A stretch of DNA of 64,000 nt from Selaginella moellendorffii (taxonomy: Eukaryota; Plantae; Lycopodiophyta), in assembly GCF_000143415.4 (NCBI RefSeq), contig NW_003314274.1:500806-564805 (forward strand), read 5' to 3'. The notes beneath the pieces are model-generated. The model saw only the letters and a program-made list of their open reading frames with translations, searched no databases and was not told the origin of the DNA. Below are positions 20,062 through 31,091 of the stretch, in pieces. The translations under genes and the position numbers were made by a program. The stretch's first letter is position 1, and each line of letters begins with the position of its first letter.

Positions 20062-22146
20062 TCAAAAGTAGTTGTCACAGGAACATCTGCCATCCTGGAA
20101 CACATGAACCCGACTGGCATCTCTAATGATGATTCGCCTTTTTTCCACCTTAGAGATGACAGCAGTGGCCGCATGGCAATCATCACAAACTCGCAGATTT
20201 TTCACAGTCCTGATGGTCTCCTTCTGGTGTGAGTTCAACAGAGCACACGCCACCGCAAGCTTCTCGCTGTGGCCGCACATGTGATCCTCTCTCTCTTCCT
20301 CGGGTATGTCTTGTAGAACGTTGATCACATCGCTGGCATACCCCTCCTCTTTCATTCTCGGCAACAATTGCTTCAGCTTGGCCTCAATCTTGTCGATCTG
20401 CGAGTGACTCCTATCACCGACAGTCAGAGAATGCACTTTCCCTGAGCTAGCATCCGTCCACCAGCTTCTCCCGGCCTTCCTGATGCTGCGTTCACCTCTC
20501 ATTCTCTCCACAACAGCATCCCTTTCACTGAGCATCCCCAGGTTTCCAAATATATTGGCCATCAACACGTAGGGCCTGCCACTCTTGGGATCCATCTCCA
20601 CAAGACGCTCAAACGCGAGTTTGCCGATCGTGTAATTCTTCCACTTCCGGCAGGCTCCGAGCAGGGACCTCCAAACCACTGCATCCGGTTCAAAAGGCAT
20701 GGCTCTGAGAACTCTCACCGCTTCGTCGAGGAGGTTAGCTCGCCCAAGCATATCGATCAGGCACACATAATGCTCCAGACGTGGCTCAACTCCATACTGC
20801 TTGGGCATTTCATCTAGAAGCTGCCTTCCTTTCTCGACCAGACCGCCATGGCTGCAAGCGTTCAACACCGTCAGAAAAGTCACATCGTTAGCTTTACAGC
20901 CCTCCTCCTGAGTCATGGAATGGAAAAGCTCCAAGGCCTCGATCGATCGGCCCTGGAGAGTGTAAGCCTGTATGAGAGAGGTCCAGAGACCCGTGTGGTC
21001 CCGAGCTCGGCACTCGTCAAACGCTTCCTGAGCAGAATCAACATCGCCGCATTTGCCGTAAAAGCTCACCAGGCTGGAGGCCAGAACTGGATTGTTTTTC
21101 AGCAGCCCTTTATGCTTCGCCAGCTGGTGAATCTCCCTCCCGAGCTTGATCGCCATCACACTCCCGCAAGCAACAAGGATACAGGTGTAGGTGCAAGCAT
21201 TAGGTTGAATGGTGTTATCAGCTCTCAGGGCAGAGTAGTACTCCAGTGCAAGTTCAGCTTGCCCGTTCGAGTTGCAGCCGTTGAGGATCGCGGTGTAGGA
21301 CACAACACTCCGGGTTCCCATGGAGTCGAAAATGCTGCGAGCCTCGTCAAGCTCGCCACACTTGCAGTACATGTCTACCAGGCAAGTCTCCACGTACATA
21401 TCTAGCTGTTTCTTCTCCTTGCTCAGCATGGAATGGATCTCCATCCCGATACATAGAGCTCTCTCCCTCTTCTCGCTGGATTCGGTAGCAAGTGTGGAGC
21501 AGGTGCTGATCACCACGACATGAGTCCGATTGTCAGGTTGAATGGTGGTATCAGCTCTCAGGGCAGAGTAGTACTCCAGAGCAAGTTCAGCTTGCCCGTT
21601 CGAGTTGCAGCCCTGGATGATTGTGTTGTAGGACACAACACTCCGGGTTCCCATGGAGTCAAAAATGCTGCGAGCCTCCTCAAGCTCGCCACACTTGCAG
21701 TACATGTCTACCAGGCAAGTCTCCACGTACATATCTAGCTGTTTCTTCTCCTTGCTCAGCATGGAATGGATCTCCATCCTGATGCGTAGAGCTCTCTCCC
21801 TCTTCTCGCTGGATTCGGTAGCAAGTGTGGCCAGGAATGCGGTAGTGAGATTCCTCGCGACCTTAGTGGTGGGTGTGAGCTCGTTTGGAGCTATGCCCAA
21901 GCATGCACTTCGTTGCTGCTGCTCCTTCTTGCGGTAAGCGACGAAGCGGCTATTGATCCTGGCGTGTGCTAGGAATGAGTGTGGTGGCGCTATCGCGCGG
22001 CCTTGTGGCGACCCACACTTGCTCTGCTTGTAGACGCGCTCTTGGAGAATGCGGCGGTGGTGGATTGAAGCGAGAAACCCTAAAGTTAGGGTTTTTCCAG
22101 TCTCCTCATACCTTTCAGTGTGAGAAAATCCAGCGCCCACAACCAT
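20062..22146 (-). CDS. PLS-class pentatricopeptide repeat protein with E and DYW deaminase domains (organellar C-to-U editing factor family)
   Basis: Open 694-aa frame with PLS repeats, WRSLLGAC, GRSWW (PG-box equivalent), HSEKLA, KNLRVCDDCH and the terminus DGRCSCDNYF. The N-terminal ~105 aa is not PPR-like, so the start is uncertain and the gene may be chimeric. Confidence 0.88.
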   Translation of the reverse strand: MVVGAGFSHTERYEETGKTLTLGFLASIHHRRILQERVYKQSKCGSPQGRAIAPPHSFLAHARINSRFVAYRKKEQQQRSACLGIAPNELTPTTKVARNLTTAFLATLATESSEKRERALRIRMEIHSMLSKEKKQLDMYVETCLVDMYCKCGELEEARSIFDSMGTRSVVSYNTIIQGCNSNGQAELALEYYSALRADTTIQPDNRTHVVVISTCSTLATESSEKRERALCIGMEIHSMLSKEKKQLDMYVETCLVDMYCKCGELDEARSIFDSMGTRSVVSYTAILNGCNSNGQAELALEYYSALRADNTIQPNACTYTCILVACGSVMAIKLGREIHQLAKHKGLLKNNPVLASSLVSFYGKCGDVDSAQEAFDECRARDHTGLWTSLIQAYTLQGRSIEALELFHSMTQEEGCKANDVTFLTVLNACSHGGLVEKGRQLLDEMPKQYGVEPRLEHYVCLIDMLGRANLLDEAVRVLRAMPFEPDAVVWRSLLGACRKWKNYTIGKLAFERLVEMDPKSGRPYVLMANIFGNLGMLSERDAVVERMRGERSIRKAGRSWWTDASSGKVHSLTVGDRSHSQIDKIEAKLKQLLPRMKEEGYASDVINVLQDIPEEEREDHMCGHSEKLAVACALLNSHQKETIRTVKNLRVCDDCHAATAVISKVEKRRIIIRDASRVHVFQDGRCSCDNYF
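21200..21832. repeat. Intragenic 333-bp tandem duplication (111-aa PLS triplet) in the PPR-DYW gene
   Basis: ctccag.gcaagttcagcttgcccg at 21241 and 21574. Identical antisense ORFs at 21320 and 21653. Confidence 0.9.
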
Positions 22147-22309
22147 GAAGTCGAATAACTATAGCTTGTAATTAGGTTTGCCTATCCGTACGGTTTCTAA
22201 ATGGGCGCAAGATCTTGCGAGGAATCCAAAGTTTTGTATTTTACCATGCCACGTCCATCATTGTCCCATTGAAATTGTCGATGGGATAAAGTGGAATTCC
22301 TTAAAAACT

Positions 22310-25300
22310 TTTTTTTGTTTTTATAGAATAATTTATGCGTGTGGGTATGTCTCAAAAAGAGAGCAGGATTTGTGTTGCATTAATTATCAGAGCACAAATA
22401 TAGTCAATGGTCAGCGTCAATGTTATTTACTTAGTGCTTGACCAACAACTTCATGGTAAATTCAAAAGGACTTTTTTGTTCATAGTCCAAACGGGCAATT
22501 ATATCGGCTCTATTAAGTTTCGATATGTTGCCAAAATTGTCTAGACGACAAGATTCCTGGTTCTCAGCTTGAATTTGCTGAGTCGTCGAGTTGTGGTGGG
22601 CGCTTAGCTGGTTCTCTCCAAAGGTCAAAGAGAATTTCAAGCACTGGTTGCATCGGTGTTAAGGGGCTGGTCAAAGTGATACGATCTAGGCTGCGCAAGA
22701 TAAGTCGTCTTGATGCATATTGATGGAATCCTTTTTCCACGAAGCATTCCACAAGATTATCAATCTCGAGAACAATCCCACCGGCAGTGTTTATAAGATA
22801 GAATAGTGTGAAAGCTTGTCCTAGGATGACTTTAGATGAGTTCATCACGGGTCTGTTTGAGTCTCGATGAATATACATCGAGGCCTTGAATGGAAGTGAT
22901 CGGCCTTTATCATACTTTGTAGTTAAAAAGGTACCATCTACCCGAATGATCTGGATTTGAAGGCTCAAGAAATGAGCAGCCAGATTTACCAGTGATCCAT
23001 CTGTGCTAATGAATGGATTATCCATTTCATTTTGCATGGCAAGGAATCGTAATGGATATATCCAAAACGGATTTCCTTCGGATTCAATCTGGTTGGGGTC
23101 GAGAAATCGGAGGATCATGGGATTGTTCATCGAAACAAGATCGTCCATATATCTGAAGGTATGCTCGAAAAGGCGAAGCAAATCATAGCGGCCTAGTCAT
23201 GCTAGTTGAGTAAGGAAATTATACTCGAAGTAGAACAGATATAAGTTGCACCACAAGGGTGAGCATGAAAAGCCCATGGGGATTCCCCGGACTTGTCTCC
23301 ATACTCTGTTTCCCAACCGAACATATGTATGTCGGATGATGAAATTATTCATCTCGATTACTTTTGTAGGATCCATTCTAGTGGCTTTCACTGATGAGTG
23401 GCGTAGAGGTTTCCATTTGGCCTCGAAATCACCATTTTTCTTTTGGATCAGAAAGAGGTCCTTTTGGAGGTGATTTTGGTGCGCGAAGGCAATATTGACA
23501 AGGTGTGTCATAGCCGTCGTAAGGCCTTGATCTCCTTCAAGGGGGATAGCCTCATAGCACTTGGTTATATCACCTATGTAGATCGTTGTGATCTTATCAG
23601 GGAGATTAATTGCAAATTCTTGTGTTGATCCAAGGATCCAACACGCATTTGTTTTTCCTCCGAAGAACTTTGCCCGTGCGTAGAAATCATCAGCTACGTT
23701 TTGTAGTGCCTCTTGTATCCCATTCAGGATAGCTGTAAGACAAACTATGATTTCCGAGAAAACACATCCATCTGCATTCATTAACCAACGCATCTTATTT
23801 TTATGTGCCTTATAGATTCCCATAAGGTACGGGAGATCTGGTTTTTGAGGCGGGAATTCCTGTAGGATAGGATCGCCAAGTAATTGTTTGACAATCCTCT
23901 CAGGCGTTTCCGGGACATTGTTGTCCGAGATCGCTAATGAGAAATCGTCACTATTCATCCTTGCAAGTGCTTCCCCACGGGCTAACGTTTTGCAAAAGAA
24001 AGTGGGTGTGTTGGCTGCTTTATCAGCACCACTGATATATAAGTGTTGATGTACCCAGTCCAATTGCTGTTGTGCCTCGGGGGAGGTCATCACATCCATG
24101 GTGGGTGTGCTCTGGCAATTTTTTACCGTCATGCGAACCCTGTAATTAATATGCTGTTTAACAGCTGCTTCATTACTAGGCCAGTTACAGATGTAAACAT
24201 CCGGGATGATACTGGCGATCTGATCCCAAGCTCCACAAACTTCAGCAATGATCTCCACAAACTTGCTGTGTTTAGTGGTTTCGGGGTGATGTGATTGAGA
24301 CCTTTCTCGATGACGGTCGTGAGTGTCCGTGAACCTAGGATCTTTGGATCCAGTGTTCGTACATGCCCAGTCTCGTCGAGGTAAGTTGCCCATGGCCATC
24401 GTTTGCATTTGCAAGTAAGAGGCTCGAGGGTGTCCCAGTTGCAGAAGACCTCTTTGGGCTTGTAGAAGTCGTGTTTGATCTGGGATTCATAACTCCAGCC
24501 AAAGACAATGGGATCCAGGAGTTCCGTATCCAGGCCAATCAACTCCATGCACTCCCTTATAAGGGTGCGGACATTGATTCTTTCGAAACCAGTGCTGATA
24601 TATCGGAGATGTACGAATTTTTGTTCATTTTCCGTTTCCTCTTTGACCAGCCATTTTCATCCGGCCAGATGATTGATGTAGTGTAAGGTACACTGTATTA
24701 GCAATCACGAGAGCATTATCATTAGACTCCAAACATAGAAGAAGAGAACAGAATTTTTTTTAACGCTGTTTTCTTGCGCCGAGCCTTTTGCAGAGCTTTT
24801 GCTTGGTCGAGCTCGCATTGGCCTCGGATGTCTTGGAAATTGATGGTGGTGTGCCCGTCTCCTGTGACGTCAATCCTGTGGACGTTTGTCCTTCGGGACG
24901 ATCACGTTTCCGATTCAGTGGTAAGCCTCGAGACTTTGCCGGCGTGCGTTGTGAGGACAAGGTAGGTGAGAAAGCTCCATTACTCTCACTACCATCTCGT
25001 CGTGAGGACGTGGGGGACTTGTACTGCTGGACTGGGATGAACTTACATATGTTCATCTTTGTTTGTCCGTGTGGGATAAACTCCAGATCCGGGTTAGCTG
25101 GCTTTTTTGCCACCTCGATAGCAGCTGCCTGCATCCATTCTCGGATTTAAAGGAAGGCGGCTATCTGGAGGATCACCTGCGGATTGGCCATGAGCAAGGA
25201 CAGGAAGATGGTGAGACGGTCTGACGACGTCAAACTCTTGTCTGTCCAGAACTTGTCCAGGTTGTTGAGCATATACCAGAACAAGGAGTCAAGCCAGACA

Positions 25301-25466
25301 ATCCCCCCTTCACATCCCTGGCAGTCACAGCGACAGTACGGTCGCAGCTGATTCCATGTGCGTTGATCACCTTGTGATAGGTTCCAGCTTTTTGTATTCA
25401 AGAAAGCGTCACCTTCGCATTTTCCATGGAAAGCAGCCTGCTTGAAAACCTCCTCCGCATTCTCCT
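22310..25466 (-). mobile_element. Penelope-like retroelement (Chlamys/Naiad type), decayed and 5'-truncated at a 28S rDNA junction
   Basis: CxC linker TCKCKRWP...GHVRT, GLNH, ADKAAN, LPYLMGIYKAHK, GDITKCY, QVRGIPMGFSCSPLWCNLYL, FRYMDDL, HFLSLQI and TTKYDK. Nonsense TGA at 23197-23199 and a frameshift near 24230. The 3' boundary is approximate. Confidence 0.85.
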
Positions 25467-25592
25467 CAGAACTGGCGATGCGGGATGAACAGAAAGCCAG
25501 GCTATGGTGCCAAAGTGCGCGCTAACCTAGATCCCACAAAGGGTGTTGATTGATTAAGACAGCAGGACGGTGGTCATGGAAGTCGAAATCTA

Positions 25593-25623
<31 letters not shown>

Positions 25624-26511
25624 TCAACTAGCCCCGAAAATGGATGGCACTTAAGCGCGCGGTCTATGCCCGGCCCTCACGGCGATTGCGAGGCCCTGAT
25701 GAGTAGGAGGGCGTGGGGGTTGGTGGCACAGCTCTGGGCGCGAGCCCGAGTGAAACGGCCCCCAATGCAGATCTTGGTGGTAGTAGCAAGTATTCAAATG
25801 AGAACTTTGAAGACTGAAGTGGAGAAAGGTTCCATGTGAACAGCAATTGGACATGGGTTAGTCGATCCTAAGCGATGGGGAAATCCTGTGTGAAGGGCGC
25901 AATGCACGCCGCCCATCGAAAGGGAATCGGGTTAATATTCCCGAACCGGGACAAGGCAGTGGGTGGTAACGCTGACAAATCCAGAGACACTAGCAGGGGC
26001 CCCGGGAAGAGTACTCTTTTCTTTTTAACGGCCTGCCGACCCTGAAATCAGTTCAACCGGAGATAGGGTCTCACGGCCGGCAGAGCACCGCACGTCCTGC
26101 GGTGTCCGGTGCGCCCCCGGTGGTCCTTGAAAATCTGGAGGAGCGAGTGCTGAGCTTGCCCGGTCGTACTCATAACCGCATTAGGTCTCCAAGGTGAGCA
26201 GCCTCTAGTCAATGGAACAATGTAGGTAAGGGAAGTCGGCAAAACGGATCCATAACTTCGGGAAAAGGATTGGCTCTGAGGGTTGGGCTTAGGGGTCTGC
26301 GGCTTGACCCTGTAGGCTGCTGGCGGTCTACCCGAGCTGCTTGCGCAGCGAGGGCGGGCCCCAGCATGCCGACCTGGTGACGGACGCAGAACGCTCCCCC
26401 CGGGGGGCATTCCCTAGGCATCGAACAACTGACTCAGAACTGGAACGGACAAGGGGAATCCGACTGTTTAATTAAAACAAAGCATTGCGATGGTCCTTGC
26501 AGATGTTGACG

Positions 26512-26545
<34 letters not shown>

Positions 26546-26579
26546 AGTGAAGAAATTCAACCAAGCGCGGGTAAACGGT

Positions 26580-26636
<57 letters not shown>

Positions 26637-26666
26637 TGCATGAATGGATTAACGAGATTCCCATTG

Positions 26667-26707
<41 letters not shown>

Positions 26708-26759
26708 GAATCAGCAGGGAAAGAAGACCTTGTTGAGCTTGACTCTAGTCCAACTTTGT
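25467..26759 (+). rRNA. 25S/28S (LSU) rRNA gene fragment, degenerate and non-functional copy
   Basis: cagaactggcgatgcgggatgaac, gcagatcttggtggtagtagc, gtaacttcggga-like, actatgactctcttaaggtagccaaatgcctcgtcatc, gaagacc.tgttgagcttgactctagt. Many transitions at CpG sites and a deletion near 26665. Confidence 0.95.
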
Positions 26760-29392
26760 TGAACGGGGCTTTTTATTTACCAGAAAGGCCTTAAACTGGG
26801 TATAGTTTTGACACACTCGAAACCAACAAAGAGTGAATGTTTCTAACTAGAGCTGCGGGTGGACTGAGTTGATGAAAGGGGGATTGGCGAGCTTGACTGC
26901 GATTTCTGTCTGGAGAACGTCGTCTGAAGCCATTCGCTTGGTGGAGTCCATTTCCACTCACGTTTTCCGGTCTCATCATCTTCCCACAGGAAGTCCCACA
27001 GGTCTGCCTCTCGTGACACTTGTTCCATCTTGCCTCTTTGTTCCAATTGTAGTACCTTGGAAGCAGCAGCAGTGATCATATGAGCCCACACTCACGTTGC
27101 TACTATCTGAGGCTTGTCGTCTTTATTGTTGAAAATCCTGTTGCATCTTGCTTTCCATATCTCCCAGAGAGTCACCCCCCTTATCAAATCTAGAACTTCA
27201 GGGGGTACCCCAGAGACATTCGTACGCTTCCGGTTGAGTTGATCGAAGTGTGGTGCCTCCTCTTCAGGCTCGCCCTTCTTTTCCCACACCCATGTGTCTG
27301 GTCTATCCCACTGTCCTTGCACCGCATCTCCCCATAAAGCCGCTGTGTACGTCAAGACAGTCTTGCCTTGGTGACTGAGTGAGCGTAGCAGCCTGCACGT
27401 ACATTCCCACACATCTTGTGCTCTGTCGCACTCCCACAGTATGTGCCGTTGTGTTTCCTTCATTCCACAGTGGTCACAATCCAGTCGGGGCAGGTGGGTA
27501 TTGGCTTTGGACGGCAGTCGCTCTTGCATGCACAACCACATAAAGTACTTTGTCTTTGCAGCCCATCTTCCCTTCCACAGATTTCTGACAGTCCTGGCTC
27601 GGGTGAAAGTCTCCATTTGCCGTGTTTTCATTTTCTTGACCAACAAGCTGTCCGTTTCTGGTCTCACCAGGCTTCTTCCCAGCCTGGCCTCGTACTTGAA
27701 GATGCCTTCCTTCTTCCCCCCCTTTCATTCCCACTCTTTGGGATCCCATGCTAGTTCTTCGATTGGTTGCTGTCTGAACCAGTAGAGTCTGTAGAACCCC
27801 CCTCGGGCTACCTGAGGGTCTACATCTGCCGTTTTCTTGTTCAATGACACAACTCGTACTGGCCTAGCTTCAGGCGAGCGCAGGAACGGGCTCGGTTCCC
27901 CCGTGACCTCATGCGGCAGTAGTCGGCCGGCGGTGCCTACCTCAAAATAGTGTCCTACCGACTTGTCGTCTTGCGAGACACACCAGATTTTCCCCCCGTC
28001 CTCCCACCATGTGGGAGTGGTGCTGTCCTCTGGTCGGTTGGAACTCATTAGAGTTCTCTTGGCTTCGAAGAAGGCTCTTTGAAACTGTCGTAGTCTGTGG
28101 GATGACATTTCCAAGCCATAGAACGCTCGCAGCATATCTCGATTTCGACTTGTGTTCCCTGGCTGTAGCATCGTATCTGCTTCGACAAACGTCCGCAGCC
28201 CTGCCGCATGCAGGAGCCGACTGGTGTGGTCCAAGCCTCGGTCTCCCGTATCTCCCAAAGTTTTTCCCCTGTATCGCATGAACGTGTTGAGGAAAATTGG
28301 TTGGTGGTTGATTTCGAACACATTGGCGGGCCACTTGTGTGTCACCTTAAGCTTGAACTGTTTCCACAGCTTGAAAAGCTTGCCAGAGAAGGTGTGGCCT
28401 TTTATCATCTTGAGCGGTGCATCGGCGAAGAGCCATCGTTCATCACTTTTCCAGTTTTGTCTCGTGTGTTCAAGTCTGTCCGGAACGACTTTTAAGAACT
28501 GCCGGCAGAGGAGAAGTTTCCATGGTTGGTCGCCGGGTAGATGCATTCTGATGAATATTTTGATGAGCAACGCCTTGCACTGTTCTTCAATATCTATGAT
28601 GTTTAATCCTCCTTCGTGTTTGGCCTTGGTGACGGATGACCATTTCACTTTCGCTCCTCCTCTCAATGGTGTTGCCGATTCTTTCCAGACATACGCCCTT
28701 ATTAGCTTGTTCATGTTCTGGCTGTCCAGATTCCATGAGGTTGCTAGGAACCAGATCGCCCCCAGGAGAATGCTGTTTGCTACCACACATCTCGCTGAGA
28801 AGGAGAGTTGTCTTGAAGCCCAGAATTTCAATTGATCACGCAGTTTTTCCACTGCCTTCTGGTTCTGGGGGACTGGATCGTACCGTCTCCCCACTTGGAA
28901 TCCCAGGTACCTGGTGGTGTCTTGCTCTTGCAGCCACTTGAAATCCCATTCTCGACCCCATGCCGGCGGGGGGCCTTGAGGGAGCCAGATGCCGATTGAT
29001 TTCCCCCAGTTGATTTTTGAACCTGCCGCTGTGCTAAAAAGTTCCAGATCCACTTTTACTTTATTCAGGTTGTCCGGTGTTCCCTTGGTGATTATTCCCG
29101 TGTCGTCGGCGAACACTGTTGACCGAAGCTCATTCTGCGCATTAACTACCGCGTCCTGGTGTATGGCTCTGCAGCCCGGGAGGGTGAGACCCTGCGGGCC
29201 TTCGGGGCGTGCGAGGTAATGGGCGAGTCCGTCTGCCACAAACAGGAATAAAAAAGGGGCTAGCGGGCATCCTTGTCTGACAGATCGTTGTAGCTTGATC
29301 TTTTCTCCCACCGTGCCGTTAATTGAGATGCGGCTGTGCACTTCTTGATAGAGGGTGGATGTCCAGTGGATGTATTCCTCTGGGATCAGTTT
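26760..29392 (-). mobile_element. 5'-truncated L1/Tx1-clade LINE (RT C-terminal half + zf-RVT)
   Basis: RSVRQGCPLAPFLF, FADDT, GSKINWGKS, YLGF, KVKW...EGGLNI, CDHCGMKETQRHILWEC, LWEIWKARCNRIF. Frameshift near 27700 and a stop at 27092. The 3' end abuts the 28S fragment and the 5' end abuts an ARP5 exon. Confidence 0.9.
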
Positions 29393-30900
29393 CCACCTGT
29401 GAGTAGAATCATCCCATCCATAACTCGGCTGACGAGTTAGTTTGGCACTCTCCTCATGGCAATGGATGCCATTTCTCCCACTTCTGCCTGATCTAGAGGC
29501 TGGAAGAATATCTCTGAATCGTTCCACACCAAGTACTATTTGGTAGTCCTTCTCAGTAAGAGGCCGTTGTATTACAAACTCTGGCACTATTTCCTGCAGT
29601 CCGGGTGGTGGCGCTGAAGTATATGAAAGATCAATTTCCTGGAAGTAAAGCAGTTAGAAAGGGAAAAGAAAAGTAGTGACGAAAGTGATATACCTTGAGT
29701 TTCGAGGTTAGACGACTGAGTTCTGCTTCATCTTCATCTACTTCTTCTTTGTAGTCTCTGTCCATTTGCTTGTACATATGCCAGTCCTCATCATTCATGC
29801 CAAAAGTATCTTCGTCCAAAGGTTGCTTGCATTAAGAGTTTCATTTGTTCTCTCTACACGGCAGTCAGCTTTTCACTTTTGACCGTGAGTCTGCAACTAC
29901 AGTACCATGGCCGTTGGTTGTGCAAACTTTCTGCTGTTTTCTTTGGTCTACCTTTGTTGAAACTTCACAATGCCTGGCCTTCAACTCCTCTAGATACTTC
30001 TCCAGGTTTTCCTACGATGAGAAAGAGTTGTAAATATTTAGAAAGAAAAAGATGTAAAAGATGTACAAGCGATACTCTTCTTCCATTTGTTGCTTGTGCT
30101 CTCTCTGCAGGGACTCTTCTTAACATCTTTGCCTTGCTCGAATGTGTCTATCAAGTGCACGATCCCGATTTTTTGGGTTTTCTGCCAGTGGTGCTGTTGT
30201 TTGTAAAAAAATCTTTGCTTTCTTTTTCGCTTCAATTGCCAATGCCAAGCACACAACAGCTGACAAAAAGAAAATTTGATATACACAACTGTTCCTTGAA
30301 TAAAAGGCTTTCTGCATTTTTGAGCAGAGGGTACTTTTGTGATGCTAGAATGTCACCACTATTCACTATCTTTTAACACCTTAATGCTTTCTCCGTTAGC
30401 TTTACATATACTACTTCAATCAGTCTAGATCCCGAAAAAGGTTCTTCAAGTATTCCGCCTCATTTTCTAAATCAATAAGCTTTGAGGATAGTTTTGCTGC
30501 TGCCATTTCTTGAAGCTGCTATCACTGCTTTTCTCTCAAAGCTGCCAGTTCATCCTCCCCAGGCTGCTCTTTTTCAGGTGGCAGTATCCATGGCACCTAC
30601 CACCATCTCGTTTTCACTAATGCCTAGGGAGATTATAACTGATGAAATTAATTGCTACAACATTGACACACCGAACTGCTTACCTAAAATAGTTTTAGCT
30701 TTGCAGTATAGTCGACTGTAATGCAGCTATTCTCTGTTTTTCAAAAACCACATGTGGTAGTTATGCTATATTCAATCAAATCGCTATGGACTTACAGATA
30801 TTGAAGGCACAAAAAGCACTTTAGATAATCAGAGACATGAAAGCCTCCTACCGATTTTCTGCAGCATACTTCCATAATAGGCTCCTTAATAGATATCTGA
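29393..30900 (-). pseudogene. ARP5: Actin-related protein 5 (INO80 subunit) fragment with frameshifts and stops
   Basis: KTRWW*VPWILPP, EDTFGMNDEDWHMYKQM...EDEAELSRLTSKL, RPLTEKDYQIVLGVERFR, ILLTGG (cut by the LINE). Confidence 0.8.
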
Positions 30901-31036
30901 CACAATACGAGTTTTGAACTTACAACAAAAGCAAAAACTAACAGAAAAACCATCAGTGTATTGATATAATATGAGTTGTAGCAAACAAGTATACCATCAG
31001 AATTGCACGTGTGTGTGCATGCATGTGCGTGCGCTC

Positions 31037-31050
31037 ACACACACACAGAC

Positions 31051-31090
<40 letters not shown>
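31037..31090. repeat. (CA)n/(GA)n microsatellite
   Basis: cacacacacacagacagacagagagaga... Confidence 0.95.

Positions 31091-31091
<1 letters not shown>

Noticed and set aside
26590-26625. R2 element or group I intron at the conserved LSU site
   Set aside because: The site CTCTCTTAAGGTAGCCAAATG is uninterrupted.
25600-26794. Small ORFs within the 28S fragment
   Set aside because: Spurious translations of rRNA sequence.
27725-29587. 620-aa ORF as a genuine ARP5-RT fusion protein
   Set aside because: Chance in-frame junction of a frameshifted ARP5 pseudo-exon with a 5'-truncated LINE; the RT N-terminus is missing.
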